Shown here: one piece after another, positions 1 to 10,631 of the stretch | Position numbering within the stretch: the stretch's first letter is position 1 | Layout: every line of letters begins with the position of its first letter | Assembly: GCA_965267575.1 (NCBI GenBank) | Contig: OZ254086.1 | Span: 3,488,001-3,552,000, forward strand | Source of the DNA: Calditrichales bacterium | GTDB taxonomy: Bacteria > Calditrichota > Calditrichia > Calditrichales > J004 | DNA length: 64,000 bases | Reading direction: 5' to 3' | Notes under the pieces: model-generated | The model's input: the letters and a program-made list of their open reading frames with translations, nothing else | Told to the model about the DNA's origin: nothing | Databases searched by the model: none | Position numbers and translations under genes: made by a program

Positions 1-587
1 CAAAAGTGCCCCGTTACCTGCCAACCGTTCTTACCTACAAGGAGGTGGAAAAGCTGTTGGATGCGATGGATACGGGGACGACATTGGGTTTGCGCAACAG
101 AGCGATGTTTGAAACTATTTACGGCAGCGGCTTGCGTGTCTCGGAGCTGCTTTCGCTGGGGATGAACCAGGTTTACGCACAGCAGCACATTCTGCGTATT
201 TTCGGGAAGGGAAGCAAAGAAAGGCTGGTGCCGCTTTCGGATGAAGGATTGCATTGGATCAAGCGCTACCTGGATGAAGGAAGGCCGTCTTTACTAAAAG
301 GGCGCAGCGAGATTACTGTTTTTCTGAACCGCAGCGGCCGTCCCATGTCGCGAATGGGCTTTTGGAAGATCCTGAGCGCCGCCGCCGCCGATGCCGGCAT
401 CAAAAAGGCGGTTCATCCGCACACCTTGCGGCACTCTTTTGCTACACACCTTATTGAGAATGGTGCCGACTTGCGCGCGGTGCAGGAGATGCTGGGGCAT
501 TCGGACATCAGTACCACGCAAATTTACACGCACCTGGACAGGACGGTCATAGAAAAAGAGTACCGCAAATATCATCCCCGGGCCTGA
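1..587 (+). CDS. xerD: Tyrosine recombinase XerD, 5'-truncated by the window edge
   Basis: Catalytic motifs RNRA..GSGLRVSEL, GKGSKERLVP, HPHTLRHSFATHL, LGHSDISTTQIYTH; C-terminal YHPRA typical of XerD/XerC. Confidence 0.88.
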   Translation, partial: KVPRYLPTVLTYKEVEKLLDAMDTGTTLGLRNRAMFETIYGSGLRVSELLSLGMNQVYAQQHILRIFGKGSKERLVPLSDEGLHWIKRYLDEGRPSLLKGRSEITVFLNRSGRPMSRMGFWKILSAAAADAGIKKAVHPHTLRHSFATHLIENGADLRAVQEMLGHSDISTTQIYTHLDRTVIEKEYRKYHPRA

Positions 588-687
588 CAAAAAGGCATCC
601 CTCTTAATTGAAATAAGTTATATAAATCCATACATTTAGGGATTGATTTGCGATTGTTAATTCACACCGGAAAGGCTCAACTCCCAG

Positions 688-1848
688 ATGGCTAACAGCC
701 CATACTCACACGAAGAACTTCAAAAAATAACAGGCTTTTACGGCAGTACGCCGGAGGTTGAAGAATTATTGCAGACAACAGCTATGGTTGCCCCTACCGA
801 TTTGTCCGTTCTGATCATAGGTGAAAGCGGTACCGGTAAAGAGGTGATCGCCAATGCTATACACAGTATGAGCAAGCGCAAGGGCCGCACGCTGGTATCC
901 GTAAATTGCGGCGCTATTCCCGAAGGCATCCTGGAGTCGGAATTGTTCGGCCACGAAAAAGGCTCTTTCACCGGTGCGGTGGGTCAAAAAAAGGGCTACT
1001 TCGAGGTTGCTGACCGTGGGACTATTTTTTTGGATGAGATAGGCGAGATGCCGCTTAACACGCAGGTTAAGTTGCTGCGCGTTCTGGAGACGTCTGAGTT
1101 TATGCGTGTTGGCGGCACCGAGGTTCTCAAAGTGGATGTGCGGGTTATCGCGGCTACAAATAAGAATATGGAGCAGGCGGTAAACAGCAACCAGTTCCGC
1201 CGCGATCTCTATTTCCGGCTTAAGGCGATCACGCTGCAAATTCCGCCTCTGCGCAAACGCAAAGCTGACATCCCGCAGCTTGTCCAGATATTTGCCGATG
1301 CTTACGCCCAGAAAAATGATATCCGTTTTAAGGGTTTTTCACCTGAGGCAGTTTCGGAGCTTGTGAAGCATAACTGGCCCGGAAATGTGCGCGAGCTGCG
1401 CAATTTTGTGGAGACGGCCATTATATTGAACCGCGGGGAAGTGATACGATCGGAATATGTGCACAATGCTCTGCAGCTTGGTCAGCACAAAACCACTTCG
1501 GATTTTCTGCCGGTACCGATAAACAAAACGCCGGAAGAAGCCGAAAGAGAGTTGATATACCGGACGCTTATTTCATTAAAGCTAGACGTGACAGAATTAA
1601 AGCAGATGTTTCAGGCGCTGGTAAGCAATAATTTTCAAAGCAAACCGTATACCGATATTCCGGCCGACAGCGATGACGAAGAGCGAGATGAGAACGCTGC
1701 CGTGAAACCACAGACGATTTCCGGGATGGAGCGCGAACTGATAAAAGAAACCCTCAATAAATTTGGCGGTAGCCGGAGAAAAACAGCGCGGGCGCTGCAA
1801 ATAAGCGAACGTACGCTGTACCGAAAAATTAAGGAATACGGTCTGTGA
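688..1848 (+). CDS. Sigma-54-dependent Fis-family activator (AAA+ plus HTH, no receiver domain)
   Basis: GESGTGKE Walker A, ESELFGHEKGSFTGA, FLDEIGEM, WPGNVREL, C-terminal HTH 'TARALQISERTLYRKIKEYGL'. Confidence 0.92.
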   Translation: MANSPYSHEELQKITGFYGSTPEVEELLQTTAMVAPTDLSVLIIGESGTGKEVIANAIHSMSKRKGRTLVSVNCGAIPEGILESELFGHEKGSFTGAVGQKKGYFEVADRGTIFLDEIGEMPLNTQVKLLRVLETSEFMRVGGTEVLKVDVRVIAATNKNMEQAVNSNQFRRDLYFRLKAITLQIPPLRKRKADIPQLVQIFADAYAQKNDIRFKGFSPEAVSELVKHNWPGNVRELRNFVETAIILNRGEVIRSEYVHNALQLGQHKTTSDFLPVPINKTPEEAERELIYRTLISLKLDVTELKQMFQALVSNNFQSKPYTDIPADSDDEERDENAAVKPQTISGMERELIKETLNKFGGSRRKTARALQISERTLYRKIKEYGL

Positions 1849-2336
1849 AAAAATTGATTCTGCCGTTGTTTCTCTTTTTTGCTTTGCTGAGCAGTTGCGG
1901 TTACTATTCATTTAAAGGAGCGCTACCGTCACATCTGCAGACGATCGCCATACCGATCTTTGCCGATAACACATCTTATCCCAATGTGCGCGAAAATCTG
2001 ACGGACAGGCTGATTGAGGCGTTTATAAATGACAATACGCTCAAAGTAGTGGATGAGAGCAAAGCCGATTTGCTGGTCAACGGAACAGTACAGTCTATAC
2101 AAACGCAGGCAGCGGCGGTGCAAAGCGGTGAAACGGTAACGGATTTACAGGTTTATGTGAATGTGCGCGTGGTGTGCGAAGATATAAAGATGTCCAAAAA
2201 ATTGTATGAAAAGACCTTTCGCCATTATGGTCTGATGGATGCTAACGGTGGTCAGGCCGAGCAGGACGAGGCCATCGCCGAGGCGATTGAACTGATCACG
2301 GAAGATATTGTAAATACTACTTTAGGCGGCTGGTAA
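1845..2336 (+). CDS. lptE: LptE-family lipoprotein
   Basis: Lipobox LLSSC, 'GYYSFKG..TIAIPIF.NT' signature, ends in W; follows a sigma54 activator as in FCB-group genomes. Confidence 0.75.
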   Translation: MKKLILPLFLFFALLSSCGYYSFKGALPSHLQTIAIPIFADNTSYPNVRENLTDRLIEAFINDNTLKVVDESKADLLVNGTVQSIQTQAAAVQSGETVTDLQVYVNVRVVCEDIKMSKKLYEKTFRHYGLMDANGGQAEQDEAIAEAIELITEDIVNTTLGGW

Positions 2337-2350
2337 ACGGGAGCTGAAAT

Positions 2351-3562
2351 ATGGCAGTAAATGTAGATCGAAATTTTGTGCTTTTCGCCCGAAAAGCCTC
2401 TCATTTTATGGATGAGAATAAGCTGGAAAATGCCACAAATCTGTGCGAAGCCGGTGTGCGTCGTTTTCCCTTTTATCCGGAAGGTCATTTTATTCTGGGC
2501 TGCTGCTATGAAAAGGCGGAGAGGATGGAAGACGCCAAAAGTGAATTTGAGAGGGTTCTGTTTTATAACAATATGCATACACCGGCGATGCGCCATCTTG
2601 CCCAAATTTACCGGCAGGCGGGTCTGCAGGAGATGGCCGCGGAAATGCTGCTGCGCGAGGCCATGTACAACCCCAATGATGAAAGGCTTCATGATCTGCT
2701 CCGCGAACTGAATGTGTACGAACGGTTTAGTAACCATTTCGGCGGCAGCCAGCTTATTCCGCCGCGGGCGATTGAGAAAAAGGAACCTGCCGGCGGGGAA
2801 CAGCTTGACGATGAAGCGTTGCTGACGGATGAAGAGGAAGAACCCATGGCGGACCCGCAGGAGGAATCCGTGCCGCGGCGGCCGAAGGTGCCCGACGTGG
2901 AGCACGTCTCCAACGTTGAGGATGACTTCTCGACGATCATGAGCGAAATTTTTGAGGACGAGTCCCGCGAACAGGTAAAAGAAGCCGAACAGGAATGGAT
3001 GGAGGTTGAAAACCTGCTGACCGATCATGACGAAGAAGTTGAGCAGCAGAAAGAGATCAGACCCGATTCCGGCGAAGCGCAGGATGATTTCCCGGAATCC
3101 ACGCGTGAACATACGGAAATTCTGTTGAAAGAGCTTTCGCGCGCTGATGCCGAGAGCGAAGAGAGCGCCAAACGCGACGTTGAAGAAGAAGCGGATATCA
3201 GGAGCGCAGAACCCGATGATGAAGGCGGCGCTGATGAATACCGCGAGGCAGAAGAGATGGCTGAAAAAATAATTCCGGAATCACCTGATGAACCGCCTGC
3301 CAGGCCCTTCACCAGAACATTTCAGACAATGCAGCAGAGCTTTCCCGATGAAGCGCCGGAAGAAGAGAAAGTCACTATTGAACATCTCATGAAAAATCCC
3401 AATCTGATTACGCCTACTTTTGGTGAAATATTGATCGCCCAGCGCAAGTTTGCAGAAGCTCGTCATGTTTTTGTTGAGATGGCCAAAAAGGACCCCAACA
3501 ACAGCCGCTTGCAGAAAAAGATCAATTTTCTGGATCGACTGCTTGACGCCCAGTCCGAATAA
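2351..3562 (+). CDS. TPR protein with acidic low-complexity middle region
   Basis: N-terminal TPR-like helices, E/D-rich linker, C-terminal 'ITPTFGEILIAQ' TPR. Confidence 0.7.
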   Translation: MAVNVDRNFVLFARKASHFMDENKLENATNLCEAGVRRFPFYPEGHFILGCCYEKAERMEDAKSEFERVLFYNNMHTPAMRHLAQIYRQAGLQEMAAEMLLREAMYNPNDERLHDLLRELNVYERFSNHFGGSQLIPPRAIEKKEPAGGEQLDDEALLTDEEEEPMADPQEESVPRRPKVPDVEHVSNVEDDFSTIMSEIFEDESREQVKEAEQEWMEVENLLTDHDEEVEQQKEIRPDSGEAQDDFPESTREHTEILLKELSRADAESEESAKRDVEEEADIRSAEPDDEGGADEYREAEEMAEKIIPESPDEPPARPFTRTFQTMQQSFPDEAPEEEKVTIEHLMKNPNLITPTFGEILIAQRKFAEARHVFVEMAKKDPNNSRLQKKINFLDRLLDAQSE

Positions 3563-3576
3563 TTCGCGGTCCATGA

Positions 3577-6500
3577 ATGCGCAGTATCATTTTTAGTATT
3601 TTTTTGATTGTTGCTTCCGCATATGCACAGCAATACTTCGTAAAGCTTACCCCAGCCGGCCGGCAACAGGTGTTTCAGGACAGCGCCCTTACCTCAAAAA
3701 ATCTTTCATTTTCTGAACAACAGGTCTTTAAAAAGATCGTCGATGAACGCGCCGTAGAGCCGACTCTTAAAGCCTGGTTTTTGGCAGATGGTTTTACGGA
3801 AAAGGAACTGAAGGAATTGCAGGCCGGGGGTATTGTTGAAGTGTTTGATCCGGTTGGCTCGTTTCGTGTTCAGAACAGTAGCTCTGATCCGCTCGTATCG
3901 GAGCAGTGGTACCTTGACAAGATTGAAGCATACCGTGCCTGGAGCATAAACCGCGGCAGCTCAGATGTAATAATTGCCGTAATCGATACCGGTGTGGACT
4001 ACGAACACGACGATTTGCAGGGTGGCCTGTGGATTAACGCCGCCGAAGATATAAATGGCAACGGCAGGCTGGATAAAGACGATCTGAATGGCATTGATGA
4101 AGATGGCAATGGTTATGCCGACGACCTAATCGGTTATGATTTTACCGACGCCCCCCGCTTTGCAGATTCAGGCGATTACCTGATGCCGGACCCTGATCCG
4201 ATGGACGAATTTCAGAATGGCCACGGGACACAGGCCAGCGGAATCATCTCCGCGCAATCTGGAAACGGGATCGGGATAAGCGGCATCGCGCCCGGTTGTC
4301 GCGTCATGTGTCTGCGCGCGGGTACGGCTTCCGGCTACCTTGAGGAAGACGATGTGGCCCGGGCCGTGCTTTACGCCGTTGATAACGGGGCGCAGATTAT
4401 TAATATGAGCTTTGGTGACAAGGTTGTCTCGCGTTTTTTGCGTGATGTAATCGATTACGCATGGCGGCAAAATGTTTTGGTAGTGGCTTCCGCGGGCAAC
4501 AGCGCCAGCAACGAGACACATTATCCTTCCGGACTGTCCCAAACCGTATCCGTGGGTGCCAGCACGCCGGACGACCAGCTGGCCGGGTTTAGCAATTTTG
4601 GCTCGACCATCGACCTGATCGCGCCCGGTGTGGAGATGGTCAGCACGGCGATTGGAAATGGCTACAACAGCGTGAACGGTACATCATTTAGCGCGCCGGT
4701 AGTCAGTGCCGTGGCCGGACTGCTGCTGTCTCAAAACCCGCAATTGTCGCCGGAGCAGTTACGCAATCTGCTTAAAACCTCTTCAGAAGATTTGTTTAGC
4801 CCCGGCTGGGATGAGCGCAGCGGAGCAGGGCGCTTAAATGCTTTTAACGCGCTGAAGGTACCGGCCGCAGGTGAAATGGCTATCGACAATCCGCAACCGC
4901 TTGCTTCAGCGGCGGGCGACACTGTGGTCATTAGCGGTCGCATGATGAACCCAGACCTTGCCCAATGGGGGCTTTCTTATGGTCTGGGACAAACGCCGCA
5001 ATCGTGGACGGAGATACGCACATCCGACCGGCAGATTGCCGACACACTGGCCCTGTTTAATATCAGCGACCTTCCCGATACGCTGATAACCCTGAGACTT
5101 TACCAAAAGCTTACCACCGGCGCCGGCGATGAACTGCGGCGTCCCTTTTATATTGACCGCACGGCTCCCGTCATAAAAGATGTGCAGATTGTTTCTCTGC
5201 TGGATGGCGCTGATGACGCGGCCCTGGTGCAGTTTTCCACTGACGACGTGAGCACGGCGCGATTAATTTTGCGCGATGGCAGCGATAATATCACCTATGT
5301 CGATGGACGTTACGAAACCCGTAACCATCGCATTAAGCTCGATTACAGGGCTTTTCCGGGCACATATACGATTCAGATTGAAGCGGAAAACACGGCCGGC
5401 CTTGTAACAACAAGCGGACCGCAGGATCCTTACCGGATTGAGCTTCAGCCGCGCTACGCCTGGCAGGAATTCCGACCGCTGCCTTACACGCTGCCAAAAG
5501 GCTATATGCTGCCGCAGATATGTGACTTTGACGAAGACGGAAACGGCGAGATTGTTATAAGCCGCTATAACGAAAACCACGCCTTTGGCCTGTTGCAGAT
5601 CTATGAGTTCAACGGTAGCGGTTTTGATCTGCGCGCCGAATCGACGCAAATCCTGATACCCCGTGCGGCGGGAGATGTGGATGGCGACGGAAAGGGTGAC
5701 ATCCTGGCCGGATTTGGCCAGGAATCTTTTCTGCTCGAAGCAGAACAGCCCAACGGCTGGCCAACGCAGATCGCCTGGCAAGGACCCGAAGGATTCTGGG
5801 CGGCCGGATATGCAGACAGCGATAAAGACGGAAAGCAGGAGATTATCGGTTACCGCGAAGACGCCTACCTGGTGCTAGAAAACAGCGCTGACAACAGCTT
5901 TTCCGAAACAGCCCGGCTGGCGAACAGTACGGGTGGGGGTAACCGTTTTGGCGTTCCCCGGTTTGCCATTACCGATCTGGATGGAAACGGCAGGCCTACG
6001 GTCTATTTCGGTGATTACGACGGCGACGTACTGGCCTTTGAAAATGTGGCGGATAACAGTTACCGCCTGGAAAACGTTTTAAAAACGATTCATCCCAACA
6101 GTACGGAAATGCTTGCCGCCACGGACGAAGGCCTTTTTATGGCCTCGCACACGCCGGAGCTTAACACGGAAAACGAGTTTGATGCCCGCTACTGGTCTGT
6201 CCAGTTTTTGGGCGGTACAGGGAGTGCCGATACAGTACACACCTTTGGATATCGCTCCACGCGCGAGTTTGACAGCGGCTTGACGCCGTTCCAGGCCAAC
6301 GGAGAATCGTATGTGGCCGCCTCGTTTTACCCCGATCTGTTTATCTTTAAAAAAACAGCCGGCGGCTGGCAGCCCGTCTGGCATAAAGAAGGTGTACGCT
6401 CCAACAGCGTGCTTGCCGCCGATCTGGACAATGACGGTGTGGATGAAATCTATTTTAACAACGGTGAGGCGATTGTTTCATATGCCCTGGAAGAGTTGCA

Positions 6501-7641
6501 GGGGCGTCCCGTGCAGCCTCACGCTTTCCGCGCCCGGGCCTTGGGTCCGCGCGATATCAGGTTATCCTGGCAATACAATGCCGCAGCGGATTATTTTTTG
6601 GTGGAGCGTTCCGCAAACGCGCAATCGTGGTTTGATGCCGGGCAAACCAGCAACCGGCAGTTTACAGACAGCCTGCTGCAAAAAGGCGATCTCTTTTATT
6701 ACCGTGTGTATGCCGTGGACAGTGCCGCGACAATTCCGGCCAGCCTGCCCTCGGCCATTGATTCGGCCAGGACTGCCGATAACCCGTTGATCACGTCTGC
6801 CGAAATTCTGAATGAAAAGCAGCTGCGTGTTATTTTTGACCGTAAGATAAGGCTATCCGCAGAGACTGTGGCATCCGCCTGGCGTCTTCCCGATTCTGTT
6901 TTTGCCTCAACCGTCATCGGAGCCAACGATCCGCATAAGCTGTTTGTGGCGTTTGACAAAGCGTTCCGTGCAGGCAGCTATATAATCGCTTTAAACGGTA
7001 TCGAATCGCAGGAAGGCATTCCCCTGGAAGGCACAAATAGCAGCGTTCAAATCCTTTACCGGGAGCAGGCGCCCGCGGTGATAGTTGCAAACCGCCGCTG
7101 GCTAAACAGCAATCAACTTGAAATTGAATTCTCAGCTCCCCTTCAGCTTTCGGCCCTCACCAACCGGGAAAATTACAGCGTTTATCCGTCGGGCGGGGTG
7201 CAAAGCATCGCCATACCGGACAGCAGCGGGCGCAAGGTCAGGCTTTCGTTTGACGGAAAGGTGTTCCGCGGCGCCTCGGGGCTTGCTTCCTACGTGGAAC
7301 TGGCAACCATGGCCGGACAAAACAACGGCGGGCTTGCCGCGGGCACGCGCGTAGGGCTTTTTGAACCCGCGGAAAATCTGAACGCACTGAAGCTGTATCC
7401 GCAGCCGCTCAAAAGCGATCATGAATCGTTGATGTTTGCAGAATTGCCCGGCTTCGTGACCATTTATATTTTTGACCTGAACGGCAGGCTGATCCGTTCC
7501 CTGGAAGGCGATCCGGAGTATGGCGCGCTGCGCTGGGATCTGAAAGATTTGAAGGGAAGGGTGGTAGCAAATGGTATTTATTTGTATACTATTCGATACA
7601 AGAATCAACAGAAAACAGGGAAGATAGCAATAATCCGGTAA
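3577..7641 (+). CDS. Secreted S8 subtilisin-like protease with FG-GAP repeats, FN3 and C-terminal sorting domain
   Basis: Signal peptide; triad motifs VIDTG, NGHGT, GTSFSAP; DxDGDG repeats; YPQP...KIAIIR tail. Confidence 0.9.
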   Translation: MRSIIFSIFLIVASAYAQQYFVKLTPAGRQQVFQDSALTSKNLSFSEQQVFKKIVDERAVEPTLKAWFLADGFTEKELKELQAGGIVEVFDPVGSFRVQNSSSDPLVSEQWYLDKIEAYRAWSINRGSSDVIIAVIDTGVDYEHDDLQGGLWINAAEDINGNGRLDKDDLNGIDEDGNGYADDLIGYDFTDAPRFADSGDYLMPDPDPMDEFQNGHGTQASGIISAQSGNGIGISGIAPGCRVMCLRAGTASGYLEEDDVARAVLYAVDNGAQIINMSFGDKVVSRFLRDVIDYAWRQNVLVVASAGNSASNETHYPSGLSQTVSVGASTPDDQLAGFSNFGSTIDLIAPGVEMVSTAIGNGYNSVNGTSFSAPVVSAVAGLLLSQNPQLSPEQLRNLLKTSSEDLFSPGWDERSGAGRLNAFNALKVPAAGEMAIDNPQPLASAAGDTVVISGRMMNPDLAQWGLSYGLGQTPQSWTEIRTSDRQIADTLALFNISDLPDTLITLRLYQKLTTGAGDELRRPFYIDRTAPVIKDVQIVSLLDGADDAALVQFSTDDVSTARLILRDGSDNITYVDGRYETRNHRIKLDYRAFPGTYTIQIEAENTAGLVTTSGPQDPYRIELQPRYAWQEFRPLPYTLPKGYMLPQICDFDEDGNGEIVISRYNENHAFGLLQIYEFNGSGFDLRAESTQILIPRAAGDVDGDGKGDILAGFGQESFLLEAEQPNGWPTQIAWQGPEGFWAAGYADSDKDGKQEIIGYREDAYLVLENSADNSFSETARLANSTGGGNRFGVPRFAITDLDGNGRPTVYFGDYDGDVLAFENVADNSYRLENVLKTIHPNSTEMLAATDEGLFMASHTPELNTENEFDARYWSVQFLGGTGSADTVHTFGYRSTREFDSGLTPFQANGESYVAASFYPDLFIFKKTAGGWQPVWHKEGVRSNSVLAADLDNDGVDEIYFNNGEAIVSYALEELQGRPVQPHAFRARALGPRDIRLSWQYNAAADYFLVERSANAQSWFDAGQTSNRQFTDSLLQKGDLFYYRVYAVDSAATIPASLPSAIDSARTADNPLITSAEILNEKQLRVIFDRKIRLSAETVASAWRLPDSVFASTVIGANDPHKLFVAFDKAFRAGSYIIALNGIESQEGIPLEGTNSSVQILYREQAPAVIVANRRWLNSNQLEIEFSAPLQLSALTNRENYSVYPSGGVQSIAIPDSSGRKVRLSFDGKVFRGASGLASYVELATMAGQNNGGLAAGTRVGLFEPAENLNALKLYPQPLKSDHESLMFAELPGFVTIYIFDLNGRLIRSLEGDPEYGALRWDLKDLKGRVVANGIYLYTIRYKNQQKTGKIAIIR

Positions 7642-7645
7642 ATAT

Positions 7646-8287
7646 ATGCGATACAAAAATCCTTTGGTAGTAGCCGTTACAGGCGGCATGGGAAGCGGCC
7701 AGACCACCGTATGCGATTTTTTTAAAAAGTGGGGCTGCAAAGTTATTAACGCGGACAAAAAAGCACAGGAAGTAATACGGCAAAACAAGTCGCTGCAAAA
7801 CGATCTGAAAAATGCTTTCGGCAAAGATATTTTTGAAAAAGGCCGGCTGAACCGTGAAAAGCTGGCAGAGCGCGCTTTCCGGGATGTTGTTCAAACACAG
7901 CGGCTTAACCAACTTGTGCATCCACGCATGGTTGAAAGTTTGGTGGAAGAACTCGAAAAAGCCCGTGCTTCCGCGCGCTACCCTATAATTGCCGTGGATG
8001 CGGCCTTGATCTATGAGATCAGCATGGAACGTTATTTTGATTGCGTGGTGGTTGTAACGGCGCCGTTGCGTGCCCGTCAAAAACGTGTCCAGGAACGTGA
8101 TGATATCAGCCGCAAGCAGTTTAAAGAGCGTGTGGACAAACAGCTGCCGTTGGAAGAAAAGGCCAAATGGGCTCATTTTGTCGTTAAGAATAACAGCGGC
8201 TTGGAGGAACTGGAAAACGCGTCACGCAAGGTGTATGATCAGCTCCTGTCTATTCGCAAAGGCGGGCGTGACAAGAAAGCGGGTTGA
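7646..8287 (+). CDS. coaE: Dephospho-CoA kinase
   Basis: VAVTGGMGSGQTT P-loop, 'INAD..A', 'LNQLVHP', 'QLPLEEK'. Confidence 0.9.
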   Translation: MRYKNPLVVAVTGGMGSGQTTVCDFFKKWGCKVINADKKAQEVIRQNKSLQNDLKNAFGKDIFEKGRLNREKLAERAFRDVVQTQRLNQLVHPRMVESLVEELEKARASARYPIIAVDAALIYEISMERYFDCVVVVTAPLRARQKRVQERDDISRKQFKERVDKQLPLEEKAKWAHFVVKNNSGLEELENASRKVYDQLLSIRKGGRDKKAG

Positions 8288-9178
8288 TCAGTTAAAAACA
8301 AATTTATGAACGATGCGGGCGTTGCCGCGGCTATCCTCCAGTTGCGCAAAGTCCTGCAGGTAGCGGATGCGTTTTTTAAGACATTGCTCTACGACGCGGT
8401 TACGGATCGTACTGTCCAGAATGCGTACGCTGTGGGGCAGTACTCTGCCGTCCGGCGCGATCTTGAATTCCACTTTCACATAACCTGATTTTACACCGTG
8501 TTTCCGGGCTTCACGCAGGTAGCACATCTCGAAAAGATCCTTGCTGTTATAAAATACCTTCATCACCTCATCCTGATCGCGGTAGCCTCGAATTTCCTTT
8601 TCCTGCTCATCGAGAATAAAATCCGGAACGTCCATGTAGAGGGCGGCATTACGGTCAATCTTGTATGCAAAAGGATTCTCCAGCAGGTCCTCCAGCCTTC
8701 GCTCCTCATAGCGTACGGGCCGGTCGCTGGGATGGCGTTCATACAACAATCTGCTAAGTGCTTCGGCGGCATCCTGTTTTACCTGGGCTTCAAATGTTAG
8801 TTGCGAGATATCCAACAGAGGCAAGTCGGCATACACGTTTTCCGAATCGGCACCGGGCCCGAGGATGTCTTCATCAGCAAGCTCCTTCAGACGCTCTTCT
8901 CGTGTTTTCGGCAGGGTAATTTCTTCTACGAGTTCACTAAGGGGGAGCTCTTCTTCCGCAGGCTCGATATCGGGAAAATTTACAACGAGGTTGATATATC
9001 TTTCGCGAATCTCCGAAACTATGGCGGTGCGGTCATATTGCAGGTTTGCCAGATAGCTTATCAAGACAGTAAACAACAAAGCCGTGAACGCAAATATGCG
9101 CAGAAAGCGGGCGCTTCCGTGGAAAGGTTTTTTCCCGAAATGAGCGTTAAAATCCATTTTTAAATCGTTTGTTTCCAT
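8288..9178 (-). CDS. Single-pass membrane protein with TonB-like (AgmX/PglI-type) C-terminal domain
   Basis: N-terminal TM; 'CY......G.VKVEFKIAPDGRV....DSTI....VEQCL' and terminal 'FVFN'. Confidence 0.6.
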   Translation of the reverse strand: METNDLKMDFNAHFGKKPFHGSARFLRIFAFTALLFTVLISYLANLQYDRTAIVSEIRERYINLVVNFPDIEPAEEELPLSELVEEITLPKTREERLKELADEDILGPGADSENVYADLPLLDISQLTFEAQVKQDAAEALSRLLYERHPSDRPVRYEERRLEDLLENPFAYKIDRNAALYMDVPDFILDEQEKEIRGYRDQDEVMKVFYNSKDLFEMCYLREARKHGVKSGYVKVEFKIAPDGRVLPHSVRILDSTIRNRVVEQCLKKRIRYLQDFAQLEDSRGNARIVHKFVFN

Positions 9179-9354
9179 GAGTTTAAAGTCGCGTACTTAT
9201 ATAGAAAGACGGCACTATCATCTTTGTGACTGACTGCACAATGCCATCAGCGGTTTTGAATTATCGGTATTTAATATGACGATTGAATTAAATAATCTAA
9301 ATAGCTAAGCTTATCAGAGCGTTTATCAAATATTTACGGAAGGAGGCCTAACTA

Positions 9355-10020
9355 ATGCTTAATCATATCTGGTTCTGGATGATCATTGCCAGTCTTGCCA
9401 TCGCGACCATCGGAGACGTGGTTGAAGGTCCGCCGGTGGAAGGTGTGAGCCTTAATGAAGGGACGCGCCTGGGGCAGGTAACCACTGCCGCGCTGGACTC
9501 TGCCGCGACGGCCGTTGAAATTGCCATCGGGCTGATCGGCGTAATGGCGCTGTGGCTGGGCATTATGAAAGTGGCGGAAGAAGCAGGCATGATCGCTATT
9601 CTGGCACGGCTTGTCAGACCGATTACCAAAAGGCTCTTTCCGACCATCCCATCAGATCACCCCTCCATCGGCGCTATGCTGATGAATATTGCCGCCAACA
9701 TGCTGGGGCTGAGCAATGCCGCCACGCCTTTGGGCCTTAAAGCGATGGAGGAGCTGCAAAAAATCAATCCCGACAAAGAGACGGCCAGCAACGATATGAT
9801 CACTTTTCTGGTGATAAATACCAGCGCCATTACATTGATACCTGCTACAGCTATCGCCATTCGTGCTTCGCTGGAATCGGCAAATCCGCAGCAGATTATC
9901 GTGCCTTCGATAATGGCTGCTACCATGGCAACCATTTTCGGGCTTACCACTGTGAAGCTTATCCAGCATTTCCAGGCTAAAAAGGCTGCACGGAGCGGCC
10001 AAAACGGGGGAGGCAACTAA
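9355..10020 (+). CDS. spmA: SpmA-like nucleoside-recognition (Gate) membrane protein
   Basis: 'ANMLGLSNAATPLGLKAM' and 'MITFLVINTS' motifs; RBS aggagg. Confidence 0.88.
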   Translation: MLNHIWFWMIIASLAIATIGDVVEGPPVEGVSLNEGTRLGQVTTAALDSAATAVEIAIGLIGVMALWLGIMKVAEEAGMIAILARLVRPITKRLFPTIPSDHPSIGAMLMNIAANMLGLSNAATPLGLKAMEELQKINPDKETASNDMITFLVINTSAITLIPATAIAIRASLESANPQQIIVPSIMAATMATIFGLTTVKLIQHFQAKKAARSGQNGGGN

Positions 10021-10563
10021 ATGGAATTATTCAAAACGATCATTGACTGGGCCTCTATTCTGGCTATTCCCGTCATCATTTTGTTTTTTATCGGCTATGG
10101 CGGTATAAAAAAAGTACGTGTTTATGAAGTGTTCGTGGAAGGAGCCAAAGAAGGTTTTTCCGTTGGTGTAAAGATCATTCCTTATCTGGTGGCCATGCTG
10201 GTGGCGATCGCTATGTTCCGTGCCAGCGGGGCACTGGATGTGATTACATGGATCGTGTCGCCGGTTACGTCTGCTATCGGGATGGCACCTGAATTGTTGC
10301 CGATGGCATTTATGCGGCCGCTTTCCGGTAGTGGCTCGCTGGGCGTTATGACCGAACTGATGAACACCTACGGCGTGGATTCGCTTATCGGTTTTACGGC
10401 ATCCACTATGTTTGGCAGCACGGAAACAACGTTTTATGTTGTAGCCGTTTATTTTGGCGCGGTGAATATTCGAAATACGCGCTATGCCATTTTTGCGGGC
10501 CTCGTTGCGGATATTGCCGGCCTGATAACGGCCGTGCTGGTTTGCCGCTGGCTGTTCTTTTAA
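10021..10563 (+). CDS. spmB: SpmB-like membrane protein
   Basis: 'YEVFVEGAKEG', 'RPLSGSGS', 'GSTETTFYV..VYFGAV'. Confidence 0.88.
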   Translation: MELFKTIIDWASILAIPVIILFFIGYGGIKKVRVYEVFVEGAKEGFSVGVKIIPYLVAMLVAIAMFRASGALDVITWIVSPVTSAIGMAPELLPMAFMRPLSGSGSLGVMTELMNTYGVDSLIGFTASTMFGSTETTFYVVAVYFGAVNIRNTRYAIFAGLVADIAGLITAVLVCRWLFF

Positions 10564-10631
10564 AGTCTTTGCAGATAAGACAATGGCTGCTTAATTTTGA
10601 TTTTTCCAAAAAAAAATTAACGGAGGAAAAG

